Shown: one piece after another, positions 8,407 through 17,782 of the stretch | How the letters are laid out: every line of letters begins with the position of its first letter | Numbering within the stretch: the first letter of the stretch is position 1 | From: Bdellovibrionota bacterium | GTDB lineage: Bacteria > Bdellovibrionota_C > UBA2361 > OMII01 | DNA length: 59,658 nt | Assembly (NCBI GenBank): GCA_044360225.1 | Contig: JBIKKR010000003.1 | Span: 1 to 59,658, forward strand | Reading direction: 5' to 3' | The notes under the pieces: generated by a model | The model's database searches: none | Told to the model about the DNA's origin: nothing | What the model saw: only the letters and a program-made list of their open reading frames with translations | Program-made: the position numbers and the translations under genes

Positions 8407-9186
8407 ATGGCACACGTTGTGGCGATATCGCCCTGTCCAAACGATACGTTTATCTTTCACGGCGTTCTGAGCGGGAGGGTGGCGTTACCGGGTCCTGTTA
8501 CGTTTGAACTGCTGGATATTCAGGAGCTCAACGAGGGGATCGCGGAAGAGCGCTTTGATCTGTGTAAGGTGAGCAGCGTTGCCGCGCTCAAGCATTCCGA
8601 TACGTATGAGATTTGCTCGGCCGGAGCTGCGCTTGGCTACGGTGTAGGGCCGCTGCTTGTTGCTAGGCCAGGAGCTGCTACGTTAGGTGAAGGCTCTCGA
8701 GTGCTGGCGCCCGGCAGTGCCACGACGGCGTTTGCGTTGTTACGTCACTTTTTTCCGCAGGCTCGTGAGGTGCAGCAGGTAGTGTTCTCAGAGATTATGC
8801 CTGCGCTCGTACGTGGAGACGCCGACTATGGTGTGGTGATCCATGAGGGGAGATTCGTTTACCAGGACCTTGGGCTGACGTGCGTAGCAGATCTCGGCGC
8901 TCTCTGGGAGGAGCGCTACGAGGTTCCGCTCCCGCTCGGGTGTTTGGTTGCTCATAGACGCGTAGCGAGGGAATTCAAATCTGCTTTTGAGTATGCTGTT
9001 CGTGCGTCGATCGGGTACAGCTATGCGCATCGCGACGAGGCCCTTGTAACGATGCGTACTCACGCTCAGGAGCTCGATGACCGCGCTATCTGGTCACATG
9101 TCGATCTCTACGTGAACCAGTGGTCGAGCGAGTTAGGTTCCACTGGTAAAGCCGCGTTTGAGCGGCTTGCGAGTGTTGCTGTTTGA
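8407..9186 (+). CDS. mqnD: 1,4-dihydroxy-6-naphthoate synthase (futalosine menaquinone pathway)
   Basis: SPCPNDTFIF, DIQELN, GAALG.G.GPL, IHEGRF, DLG..W...PLPLG and HVDLYVN. ATG 8407 preferred because the longer ORF begins inside the MITE end. Confidence 0.92.
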   Translation: MAHVVAISPCPNDTFIFHGVLSGRVALPGPVTFELLDIQELNEGIAEERFDLCKVSSVAALKHSDTYEICSAGAALGYGVGPLLVARPGAATLGEGSRVLAPGSATTAFALLRHFFPQAREVQQVVFSEIMPALVRGDADYGVVIHEGRFVYQDLGLTCVADLGALWEERYEVPLPLGCLVAHRRVAREFKSAFEYAVRASIGYSYAHRDEALVTMRTHAQELDDRAIWSHVDLYVNQWSSELGSTGKAAFERLASVAV

Positions 9187-9370
9187 TCCCAATAGATGCG
9201 CCGGCGCCTGTGCCTGGTCGTGGATTGTTGCTGTCGCCTCAACATGGTTGGTTTGCAATCGGCGATTCTGTAACATATTGATTGTGCTGATTTAATCCGT
9301 CTGTGATTGTTCCCGGTGAGCAGGTTTCTTGTCCCGGTCGAAAGGCAGCCTTAACGGAGAAGGGGCTCTG

Positions 9371-9400
9371 TTGGCACTAACCTCTCAAAGGTGCTATGCT
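9371..9400 (+). promoter_or_regulatory. Sigma70 promoter of the rpsB operon
   Basis: TTGGCA-N18-TATGCT with TG extension. Confidence 0.55.
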
Positions 9401-9406
9401 TTCGCC

Positions 9407-9562
9407 GATTTTCGCACCCGCATCGGTCTTGGTGCTTGCGTTGCAGTCCGCGTGTTAAAGAGTCCCGCACCCCGTCTCTGGGGATGCGCGGGTTATAGCT
9501 GTGTGGATGGCTCGTAGGTCTATCGGGCGGGGAGGACAAACTAAGACAAAAAAGGAAAAACT
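9407..9562 (+). promoter_or_regulatory. rpsB (S2) autoregulatory-type leader RNA
   Basis: Structured 5'UTR of about 155 nt with CGCAC-CCG at the 5' side and CGGG...GGAGG-ACAAAC at the 3' side, reminiscent of the CACAC...GGAGG.AAC S2 leader; internal GC-rich hairpin near 9465-9492. Confidence 0.55.
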
Positions 9563-10417
9563 ATGTCAGCAGCAACAGACGCAGCAGCGTCGCAGAACAC
9601 TCCGGCTATTGAGCCGGGCACCCCAGTAACGATTAAGACCCTTATCGATGCAGGAGCTCACTACGGGCACCAGACGCAGCGTTGGAATCCAAAGATGCTT
9701 CCAAACATCTACGGCGCGCGTAATGGCGTTCACATTATTAATCTGGACATCACGATGCGTAAGTGGGAGATCGCGCGCAAGTACATCGTTGATCGCGTAT
9801 CGCTTGGCGGTAACGTTCTCTTTGTTGGTACCAAGCAGCAGGCTAAAGATATCGTTAAAGAGGAAGCAACCCGTTGTGGTGCTTTCTTCGTTTCGTCACG
9901 ATGGCTTGGTGGTTGCTTGAGCAACTTCCAAACTATTAAGAATTCTATTGAGCGCATGCGCAAGTTAGAGAACCTCCTCGCGGAAGCTTCGACAGAAGGC
10001 TCCAAGGTTAAGATCACCAAGAAGGAGCGTCTCGATATCAGCCGTCAGGTTGAGAAGCTTGAGGCTAACTTGGGCGGTATTCGTAACATGAAGAAGACGC
10101 CAGATGTAATCTTCATCATTGACGTAGTAAAGGAGTCGATCGCAATAGCTGAGGCGAAGCGATTACACATTCCGGTGGTTGCGCTCGTTGACACCAACGC
10201 AGATCCAGCGGCTGTTGAGTTCCCGATCCCTTCAAACGACGATGCCGCTCGTACTATCCGACTCTTCTGCTCGGCTGTTGCTGATGCAATCAATGAGGGA
10301 CGTGCTTTACAGGCAGCTCGATTCTCGCAGGGTGGCCAGCAGGGTGGCGAAGGGCGTCGTGAGGCCGCCAACGGAGCTCATGCTGGGTCGGCTGAGAGTG
10401 GTGTTGCCGTAGCATAA
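9563..10417 (+). CDS. rpsB: 30S ribosomal protein S2
   Basis: AGAHYGHQT.RWNPKM, LFVGTK, RWLGG.LSNF, DTNADP and PSNDDA. Confidence 0.98.
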   Translation: MSAATDAAASQNTPAIEPGTPVTIKTLIDAGAHYGHQTQRWNPKMLPNIYGARNGVHIINLDITMRKWEIARKYIVDRVSLGGNVLFVGTKQQAKDIVKEEATRCGAFFVSSRWLGGCLSNFQTIKNSIERMRKLENLLAEASTEGSKVKITKKERLDISRQVEKLEANLGGIRNMKKTPDVIFIIDVVKESIAIAEAKRLHIPVVALVDTNADPAAVEFPIPSNDDAARTIRLFCSAVADAINEGRALQAARFSQGGQQGGEGRREAANGAHAGSAESGVAVA

Positions 10418-10520
10418 GGCGCATGAAAGTAGGGGGCTGCTTCGCGCATCCGTGTATGGTGCCGCGTCAGCATGCCTCCGATATGTATTTGCAAATCTGA
10501 GTTAAAAAGAGAGGTAGTAG

Positions 10521-11171
10521 ATGTCACAGGTAACAAGTGAGATGATTAAGAAGCTCCGTGAGATGACCGGCGCTGGAATGATGGATTGCAAGGCAGCTTT
10601 GAACGAGGCTGAAGGCTCGATGGACAAGGCGATCGAGATCCTGCGCAAGAAAGGGCTCAAAGATATCGCGAAGCGTGCTGGCAAGACCGCAGCAGAGGGT
10701 ACCATGGGTGTGTATGTACACCCAGGTGACCAGGTTATCTCAGTGGTTGAACTCAACTGTGAGACAGATTTCGTTGCGCGCGGAGATGAGTTCCGTCAGT
10801 TGGCTCGTGACCTTGCGATGCATGTTGCTGCGATGAAGCCAGCGTACCTTACGGACGAAGATGTGCCAGAGGCTGTCTTGGCTAAAGAGCGTGAGATCGC
10901 ATTCGAGCAGCTTAATGAGGAGCAGAAGAAGAAGGCTGACAAGATCCTCCCAGGTAAGATTGAGAAGTTCCTTGAGAGCTCTGTGTTGCTCCGTCAGATC
11001 TTTATCAAAGATGAGACTGAGTCCAAGACGATTCGCTCCCTCGTAGAGGCTTTGAGCATGAAGTGTGGCGAGAAGGTCACCGTTCGTCGCTTCGTTCGCA
11101 TGGAAGTAGGCGAGGGAATCGAGAAGGTTCAGAGCAACATTGCAGCTGATGTAGCAGCGATGGTTGGGTAG
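10521..11171 (+). CDS. tsf: Translation elongation factor Ts (short form)
   Basis: [26 protein letters not shown] and HVAAM.P; 216 aa. Confidence 0.97.
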   Translation: MSQVTSEMIKKLREMTGAGMMDCKAALNEAEGSMDKAIEILRKKGLKDIAKRAGKTAAEGTMGVYVHPGDQVISVVELNCETDFVARGDEFRQLARDLAMHVAAMKPAYLTDEDVPEAVLAKEREIAFEQLNEEQKKKADKILPGKIEKFLESSVLLRQIFIKDETESKTIRSLVEALSMKCGEKVTVRRFVRMEVGEGIEKVQSNIAADVAAMVG

Positions 11172-11174
11172 TAA

Positions 11175-11254
11175 TAACCCCGTAAGCGACAGAGGGTTCG
11201 AGCGCGAGTGCTGCTTAAGGAGCTCGCGCTCGGGCAACTCTCTGGTGGGGGTTA
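11175..11254 (+). other. Long imperfect intergenic hairpin between tsf and pyrH
   Basis: Nested pairs taacccc/ggggtta, cagagggtt/aactctctg and cgagcgcgag/ctcgcgctcg. Confidence 0.6.
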
Positions 11255-11292
11255 CAAACAGGTTACAGAGAATCGATAGCGAGGAATATCCG

Positions 11293-12030
11293 ATGAACGC
11301 AGTCAGCAAAGAGGGAGAGCAGGTCAAGTACAAGAGAATCCTTCTAAAGCTGAGTGGCGAGATACTTGCTGGAGATAAGGGGGGTGGCATCGACCCTGAT
11401 GTCCTCAACGGGCTCTGTCGGCAGATTCACGAGGTGATTTCACTCGGGGTCGAGGTTGGCGTGGTTATTGGCGGAGGTAACATCTTTCGCGGGGTGCAGG
11501 CTGGGTCCCAGGGTCTCGACCGAGTCACCGGTGATTACATGGGGATGCTTGCCACGGCCATCAATGCGTTGGCGCTTCAGGACCGCCTTGAGGCAGATGG
11601 CGTTTATACCCGTGTGCTATCAGCGGTCGAGATGCGTGAAATCTCAGAGCCGTATATCAAGCGCCGCGCTACGCGCCACCTTGAAAAGGGGCGAGTAGTC
11701 ATCTTTGCCTGTGGTACGGGTAATCCATTTTTCACGACCGATACGGCAGCGAGCCTGCGAGCCATGGAAGTTGGCGCTGAGGTTCTGTTAAAGGGGACGA
11801 AGGTAGATGCCGTATACGATAGTGATCCGGTTAAGAACCACAATGCTAAGCCATTTCGGCACATATCGTTTATGGATGTGTTGCAGAAGGGATTGCGAGT
11901 GATGGACGCCGCTGCTATCTCTCTCTGTATGGAGAACAAGCTGCCGATCATCGTTTTTAACATCGGAGTAGAGGGTAACCTTCGACGCATCGTATGCGGT
12001 GAGTCGATCGGTACGCTCGTAGAAGGGTAG
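11293..12030 (+). CDS. pyrH: UMP kinase
   Basis: [27 protein letters not shown] and GNPFFTTD; ATG 11293 with GAGG RBS. Confidence 0.98.
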   Translation: MNAVSKEGEQVKYKRILLKLSGEILAGDKGGGIDPDVLNGLCRQIHEVISLGVEVGVVIGGGNIFRGVQAGSQGLDRVTGDYMGMLATAINALALQDRLEADGVYTRVLSAVEMREISEPYIKRRATRHLEKGRVVIFACGTGNPFFTTDTAASLRAMEVGAEVLLKGTKVDAVYDSDPVKNHNAKPFRHISFMDVLQKGLRVMDAAAISLCMENKLPIIVFNIGVEGNLRRIVCGESIGTLVEG

Positions 12031-12063
12031 TTTCACCAAGTCTAAGGTCACGCGGAGCAGAGT

Positions 12064-12618
12064 ATGAGTTCACAATTCGATACGTACAAATCACATTGTG
12101 CTAAGGCTCTTGAGCACTATAAGAAGGAGCTTTCACGACTTCGGTCGGGGAGAGCCACTCCATCGATCCTTGAGGGGTTGATGGTAGAGTACTATGGGTC
12201 GAGGGTCTCATTGCAGCAGCTGGGTATGGTGTCGGCTCCCGAGCCGCGCATGCTGACGATTCAGGTGTATGATGCTGGAGCAGTTGAGGCTATTGAGAAG
12301 GCGATTCAACAATCTGACTTGGGGCTCAACCCAAGTCGCGATGGCTCCTTGATTCGCGTAATTATTCCCGCGCTCAACGAAGAGCGTCGTAAAGATCTGA
12401 TCAAAAAAGTCAACAAGATGGCCGAGGAGACTCGGGTAGCGCTGCGCAACTTGCGTCGCGACGAAGTTGAAGGTGTCAAGAAAAAGGTCAAGAGTAAGGA
12501 GATGTCCGAGGACGATTCGCGTCGTGCGCAGGATGAGATTCAGAAGATAGTAGACAAGTTCATCGCAGATGTCGATGCAGCGGCAGCGGCGAAGGAGAAG
12601 GAGATGATGGAGGTGTAA
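12064..12618 (+). CDS. frr: Ribosome recycling factor
   Basis: LRSGRA, VEYYG, LGLNP, P.LNEERRK and RNLRR. Confidence 0.97.
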   Translation: MSSQFDTYKSHCAKALEHYKKELSRLRSGRATPSILEGLMVEYYGSRVSLQQLGMVSAPEPRMLTIQVYDAGAVEAIEKAIQQSDLGLNPSRDGSLIRVIIPALNEERRKDLIKKVNKMAEETRVALRNLRRDEVEGVKKKVKSKEMSEDDSRRAQDEIQKIVDKFIADVDAAAAAKEKEMMEV

Positions 12619-12660
12619 GCCTCTATCGAGTCGTTAAGCCACATCGTCGCACGGAGTTAC

Positions 12661-13440
12661 ATGTCGACACTCTCAGCGGAGAAGGTAGCGCATTCAGGAG
12701 AATCCATACGGGGTGCTCTGAAGGTGTTGCCACGCCACATGGCGATTATCATGGACGGCAATGGCAGGTGGGCTAAGAAGCGCTTTCTACCCCGTCTTGA
12801 GGGGCACCGAAACGGTGCCAAAACGGTGCGCATGGTTGTTGAAGAGGCCCGTAAGCTCGGCATTCGTCACCTAACGCTCTTTGCGTTTTCAACTGAGAAC
12901 TGGCGCAGGCCTGAGGAGGAAGTTGGCGGTCTCATGCACCTCTTTGTGCAGCATCTTGAGTCAGAGCTTGAGTTGTTGCTCAAGAACGATATCCGTTTGC
13001 GAGCGATGGGAAACCTCGCCAGGCTGCCAGGGCCGGTACGCGATCTCCTGCATCGGAATGAGGAGCGGACCAAGCACCTAATGGGGATGGATCTCATCTT
13101 GGCGGTTTCATACGGTGGGCGGGATGAGCTGGTGCAGGGGTTTCGCAAGCTCGGAAAGGCTATACAGTCAGGAGAGCTTACCCCGGAATCAATAACGGAA
13201 GAGATGGTATCGGGCTCGCTGTATCTTCCGGATGTTCCTGACCCTGATCTCCTCATTAGGACGAGTGATGAGACCCGGATCTCTAATTTCTTGTTGTGGC
13301 AGCTGGCGTATGCCGAGATAGTGGTATCACCGCAGCTGTGGCCCGATTTTTCGCGTGATGAATTGTATAGGTGTCTTCATGTCTTTGCAGGGCGCAACAG
13401 AAGGTTCGGACTCACTCAAGACCAGATTGCAGGAGCGTAG
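12661..13440 (+). CDS. uppS: Undecaprenyl diphosphate synthase
   Basis: HMAIIMDGNGRWA, AFSTENWRR, YGGR, DLLIRTS and RISNFLLWQ. Confidence 0.97.
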   Translation: MSTLSAEKVAHSGESIRGALKVLPRHMAIIMDGNGRWAKKRFLPRLEGHRNGAKTVRMVVEEARKLGIRHLTLFAFSTENWRRPEEEVGGLMHLFVQHLESELELLLKNDIRLRAMGNLARLPGPVRDLLHRNEERTKHLMGMDLILAVSYGGRDELVQGFRKLGKAIQSGELTPESITEEMVSGSLYLPDVPDPDLLIRTSDETRISNFLLWQLAYAEIVVSPQLWPDFSRDELYRCLHVFAGRNRRFGLTQDQIAGA

Positions 13441-13444
13441 CCTG

Positions 13445-14347
13445 TTGCGCAGCCTGTTTACCTACGAGGGAAATGGCTCGTTAAAGGACCGTCTCCTTAC
13501 GGCGTGCTACGTACTCTTCGGTGCTGTAGCGCTGACGGTGGCCACGCTGCATGTTCCGTACGGTGGTTGTATCTGTGTCGCGGTTATCACTGCACTCGTC
13601 GCCATGGCGGTGTTTGAGGTAGTGCGGCTCTTTGCACGTGATCACGATACACTGGCGTATCGGCCGGTAGCGGGGGTGCTGATGTATGCAGTGCTTGCGT
13701 TGCCAGCAGTAGGGGCAGCCTGGTCGTCGGTGCTCGGAGTGTTGACCGGAGATGTGTGGTGGCGCGGCATCTATGTAGCCACGATCATCGCCGCAGAGGC
13801 CCTCATGCTCGGGCTGGTACTTGAGGGGCGCACATCGCTCGAGGCTGGGGGGCGGTTTGCTCAGCGCTACGGAGTTGGCTTCCTAATCGTTTCGCTCTGC
13901 GCCCCCGCGTTAATCGTAATCAGCGGATTGCCGCGAGGGATAGCGCTAGTCTGGTGGATCGTGGGGTGCGCGGCGCTGAATGATACAGCAGCATATTTCG
14001 TTGGTCGCGCCCTCGGCCGGCACAAGATGGCACCAGCGCTCTCGCCGAATAAGAGTCTCGAGGGGAGCATTGCAGGACTTATAGTTGGCACCTTGGCAGG
14101 GGTTGCGCTGTGGAGGCTTATTGTAGAGACCAGTGTAGCGCTCACAGGCGTAGCACTTATCTCGTTTGCTGTTACGGTGGCAGCACAGGCAGGAGATCTG
14201 GCCAAATCGTACCTCAAGAGGCTTCGTGGAGTGAAGGATCTCGGGGCCATCTTCCCCGGACACGGTGGGGTGCTCGATCGATTTGATGCTCTTATCGCAG
14301 CTTCACCGGTTGTGTTGGCAGCGCTTGTCGCATGTGGGCTTGTGTAA
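13445..14347 (+). CDS. cdsA: Phosphatidate cytidylyltransferase
   Basis: DT.AYFVG, SPNKSLEG and GDL.KS.LKR..GVKD.G..FPGHGG.LDRFD. TTG start inferred from the AGGAG RBS. Confidence 0.93.
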   Translation: MRSLFTYEGNGSLKDRLLTACYVLFGAVALTVATLHVPYGGCICVAVITALVAMAVFEVVRLFARDHDTLAYRPVAGVLMYAVLALPAVGAAWSSVLGVLTGDVWWRGIYVATIIAAEALMLGLVLEGRTSLEAGGRFAQRYGVGFLIVSLCAPALIVISGLPRGIALVWWIVGCAALNDTAAYFVGRALGRHKMAPALSPNKSLEGSIAGLIVGTLAGVALWRLIVETSVALTGVALISFAVTVAAQAGDLAKSYLKRLRGVKDLGAIFPGHGGVLDRFDALIAASPVVLAALVACGLV

Positions 14348-14371
14348 ACGAGCGGGGGCGCGAGGTTGGGG

Positions 14372-15556
14372 ATGAAGAGCATTGCAGTCCTTGGATCTAC
14401 CGGTTCGATAGGTGTCTCCACCGTTGATGTGGTACGTGCGGCGTCTGATCGTTTCTGTGTCGATCTCCTTATAGCGGGTGGGAATGCTGGTCGATTGGCC
14501 GAACAGATACGGCAACTGAGGCCGCGAGTTGCTGGTCTCGCGCACCCTAAAAGCTTTGTCGAGCTGTGCGCTCGCTTGGGGGTCTCATCGGGTGCTCGGA
14601 GCTTTGGAGAGACTAGACTTATCTGCGGGGAGGATGAGGTCATTACGGCTGTGCGTGAGAGTCGTGCCTCGATCATAGTTGCGGCTGTTGTCGGGATGGC
14701 AGGGCTCGGTGGTGTAATGGCTGCTGTTGAGAGTGGCAAGGATGTTGCGCTTGCCAACAAGGAGAGCCTCGTAGTGGCCGGCTCGCTGGTAGTGGAGCGA
14801 GCCAAGGCGAATGGTGTGAAGCTGATCCCGGTTGATAGTGAGCACTCAGCGATCTTTCAAGCGCTGCAAGGGGTGCCCGGTGGTGACGTAGAGTCGATTG
14901 TCTTAACGGCATCAGGCGGGCCATTTTTGAGGACCGCGGTGTCGGAATTTAAGCGCATTACGCCGGAACAGGCGGTGCGGCACCCTCGGTGGAATATGGG
15001 GGCAAAGATATCGGTTGATTCAGCAACTTTGATGAACAAGGCGCTTGAGGTAATCGAGGCTCGGTGGCTCTTTGAGGTGAGCCCTGATGCGATTGAGGTG
15101 ATTGTTCATCCGCAGAGTATAATTCATTCGATGGTTCGTTTGCGTGATGGAGGACTATTAGCGCAGCTTTCCGTACCGGACATGAAGGGGCCGATAGCCT
15201 ATGCCCTTACATTTCCCGGGGAACGGCTTGGAGGAGTTATGCCCAGGCTCGACTTTGCCCAGCTGGGGCACTTAAGCTTTGAGGGGGTCGATCACGAGAG
15301 GTTCCCTAGTGTGCGGCGGGCCATAGAGTGCTTGAAGGGTGCTAAGGGTGCTTGTGCAGTACTCAACGCGGCAAACGAGGTGGCCGTGTCTGAATTTTTG
15401 AACGGTAGGCTCTCGTTTTCGTCTATATTCACGGTGGTGGATCGGGCGCTCGAGCGATTTTCGGAGAGTAGCTACACTTCACTGAGTGATCTGGGGGAGT
15501 TGTGCGCTGCAGTGACGGAGTGGTCTCGACAGATAGCGCGGAGTACGTCAGAGTAG
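14372..15556 (+). CDS. dxr: 1-deoxy-D-xylulose 5-phosphate reductoisomerase
   Basis: LGSTGSIG, ALANKES, PVDSEH, TASGGPF, HP.W.MG.KISVDSATLMNK and LNAANE. Confidence 0.97.
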   Translation: MKSIAVLGSTGSIGVSTVDVVRAASDRFCVDLLIAGGNAGRLAEQIRQLRPRVAGLAHPKSFVELCARLGVSSGARSFGETRLICGEDEVITAVRESRASIIVAAVVGMAGLGGVMAAVESGKDVALANKESLVVAGSLVVERAKANGVKLIPVDSEHSAIFQALQGVPGGDVESIVLTASGGPFLRTAVSEFKRITPEQAVRHPRWNMGAKISVDSATLMNKALEVIEARWLFEVSPDAIEVIVHPQSIIHSMVRLRDGGLLAQLSVPDMKGPIAYALTFPGERLGGVMPRLDFAQLGHLSFEGVDHERFPSVRRAIECLKGAKGACAVLNAANEVAVSEFLNGRLSFSSIFTVVDRALERFSESSYTSLSDLGELCAAVTEWSRQIARSTSE

Positions 15557-15562
15557 GAGCTT

Positions 15563-16789
15563 ATGGGAATTGTAACGGCGATTTTGGTCCTCGGTGTGCT
15601 CGTGTTCGTTCATGAGCTCGGACACTTTTTAGTGGCGAAGTTTTTTGGTGTTGGAGTTCTTGAGTTTGCGATCGGATTTGGACCGATGCTTGCTCGGTGG
15701 CAGGGGCGTGAGACGACCTACTCGCTGAGAGCGATCCCGTTGGGTGGATTTGTCCGGATGGCGGGCGATGACCCAGTGCTGGTGTATGGTGAGAAGGTCG
15801 TTGGCGCTCACGCCGAAGTAAGTGGCGCATCGCCGATAGAGGGGACCCAGGAGGATCTCTCGCAGCAGCAACAGGCATTACTCAAGGATGAATCGCGGTG
15901 GTTCCTGAAAAAGGCGTATCTTCCTCGGGTGGCGATCGTGCTTGCGGGACCTGTTGCCAATTTTATTTTTGCGTGGGTGCTCGCGTTCGCCAGCTACCTG
16001 ATGGTTGGTTTGCCAACGCTTGTCGATGGTCCGGTGACGATCGGAGCAGTTCAGAAGGGGTTGCCAGCTGAATCAGCTGGTCTGAAGACCGGCGACCGAG
16101 TCGTCTCGGTTGATGGCAAAACGGTACTATCATTTAAGGAGCTCGTTGAGGTTGTTCGCGCATCGGCGGGCAAGAGCTTAGAGTTCCTGATTCAGCGTCC
16201 AAAAGGTGAGGCGCTACCCAACGGGGAGTCGGTGAGCGGCCAATCCGGAGAGATTGAAACGATTTCGGTCCCGGTGCAGCCGGTATCAGACGCAAGTCCA
16301 GAGCTTGATGTGCTTGAAGGTAGGCCGGTTCATCAGACGTATCGGATAGGAATCACACCTGGGATGGCTAATGTTAAGTATACCGAGGTGGGGGTAGGCG
16401 TTGCAGCAGGAGCTGCCGCGGGCCAGGTGATCGAGCTGTGCAGGCAGACGCTCAGGGTGCTTCAGGGACTCGTGACGGGCTTGCTCTCCCCAACGAAGAC
16501 CATCGGCGGCCCGATTGAGATCATTAAGCAAACTGCCGCGAGCGCCAACGAAGGGTGGATGGCTATCGTGGGGATTATGGTATTTCTCAATGTAACCCTT
16601 GGAGTGATGAATCTCTTGCCTATTCCTGTACTTGATGGTGGACATCTTACTCTGTTTTCAATTGAGAAGTTGCGCGGTAGGCCGCTGAGTATGCGGGTGC
16701 AGGCAGCTGTGACGAATGTAGGCTTGATCCTTCTGCTCTCGCTTATGGTGTTCGCAATCGGTAATGACCTGGTACGCGCGTTTCTGTAG
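15563..16789 (+). CDS. rseP: RIP metalloprotease RseP
   Basis: HELGH, F.IGFG, IPLGGFVRM, PDZ domain and NLLPIP.LDGG. Confidence 0.95.
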   Translation: MGIVTAILVLGVLVFVHELGHFLVAKFFGVGVLEFAIGFGPMLARWQGRETTYSLRAIPLGGFVRMAGDDPVLVYGEKVVGAHAEVSGASPIEGTQEDLSQQQQALLKDESRWFLKKAYLPRVAIVLAGPVANFIFAWVLAFASYLMVGLPTLVDGPVTIGAVQKGLPAESAGLKTGDRVVSVDGKTVLSFKELVEVVRASAGKSLEFLIQRPKGEALPNGESVSGQSGEIETISVPVQPVSDASPELDVLEGRPVHQTYRIGITPGMANVKYTEVGVGVAAGAAAGQVIELCRQTLRVLQGLVTGLLSPTKTIGGPIEIIKQTAASANEGWMAIVGIMVFLNVTLGVMNLLPIPVLDGGHLTLFSIEKLRGRPLSMRVQAAVTNVGLILLLSLMVFAIGNDLVRAFL

Positions 16790-16795
16790 TTTGCT

Positions 16796-17497
16796 GTGAC
16801 TACCGCTTCCTCCGCACCGGCGCTTGCATTAGATACGAGTGGTTCGTTCTGTTCTGCAGCGCTTCGGTTGGCTGATGGCTCTTTGCTGCATCTCGAGTCT
16901 GATGGTGCAGGGGATCATTTCGAACGTATCTCTGGTATCGTTTCTGAACTGTTGTCATTGGGCGGGGTAGAGCTAGCCGGGCTTAACCATATTCGAGTTG
17001 GGCTCGGGCCGGGCTCCTTTACGGGTTTACGTATTGGCCTAAGCTTTGCAAAAGGGATGTCAATGGCTGCCGAGATACCACTTGTCGGAGTGTGCTCATT
17101 TGCTGGTATTGCACACTCCGTTGCGGTGCGTACCATTTCGGGGATTCAGCATATCCTTGTAACTGCTGATGCGCGTCGCCAGGAGGTCTTTTGGGCAGCG
17201 CATGAAGTCGATGCGGGGGGAGGTATCTCTGAAACGAACAAGCCCTGCATTAGGCCGGCGTCAGAGGTTTCGGACTGGAGGACGCGGCACCCGCAGGGGG
17301 TGATCTGCACCCCAAATGTTGGGTTTGAAGCTGTCCAAGGGGCCGGGTCGCAGGTTGAATCGAGGCTCGCCGAGGGGCTGTTGCTTCTGGATGTGGGGCC
17401 GATTGAGCCTTTTTCACCTGTGCGAGTAGCCAACGTGGAACCGAATTACCTGAGGGCCGTTGCTGCTAAGTCGATCGAGGAGCGAAAGGGGCCTTGA
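16796..17497 (+). CDS. tsaB: tRNA threonylcarbamoyladenosine biosynthesis protein TsaB
   Basis: LALDTS, GPGSFTGLRIG, DARR.EV and EPNYLR. Confidence 0.93.
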   Translation: MTTASSAPALALDTSGSFCSAALRLADGSLLHLESDGAGDHFERISGIVSELLSLGGVELAGLNHIRVGLGPGSFTGLRIGLSFAKGMSMAAEIPLVGVCSFAGIAHSVAVRTISGIQHILVTADARRQEVFWAAHEVDAGGGISETNKPCIRPASEVSDWRTRHPQGVICTPNVGFEAVQGAGSQVESRLAEGLLLLDVGPIEPFSPVRVANVEPNYLRAVAAKSIEERKGP

Positions 17498-17527
17498 CAC
17501 GGCTGGCCTATCGCGTTAAGTAACGTG

Positions 17528-17782
17528 GGAATTGGCTCGCTGACGACCCCTGCCGGGGTTCTAGAGTAGTCCAAACCGTGTAGCCCGACCTCAAGATGGG
17601 TCGCCGTAATCGGCGCTCTCTTAGGGTGTGCGTTGGCGGTTTTGCAGTGACGGATAAAAGACCGGTTCCGATTCAAATCCTATCCGTTTCATTAGCTCCC
17701 ATATAATCCCTGCCGTATATGTGTATTCCTTTGGTTACCGCTGCGTAGGGATGGTTAACACCATAGAAAAGTAAGAAGGCAT
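17528..17782 (+). promoter_or_regulatory. Structured rho 5' leader
   Basis: TTGACA at 17494-17499; multi-stem fold possible over 17528-17669, followed by a C-rich, G-poor tract at about 17676-17715. Confidence 0.45.

Noticed and set aside
8048-8460. ORFs 8048-8440 and 8188-8460 resembling ORF 46573-46887 at the protein level
   Set aside because: The similarity is fully explained by translation of the non-coding MITE; the ORFs overlap real genes and have no transposase motifs.
13867-14805. Long antisense ORFs (13867-14805, 10740-11408, 31654-32364, 24040-24639 and others)
   Set aside because: These are shadow frames of well-supported housekeeping genes with no motifs of their own.
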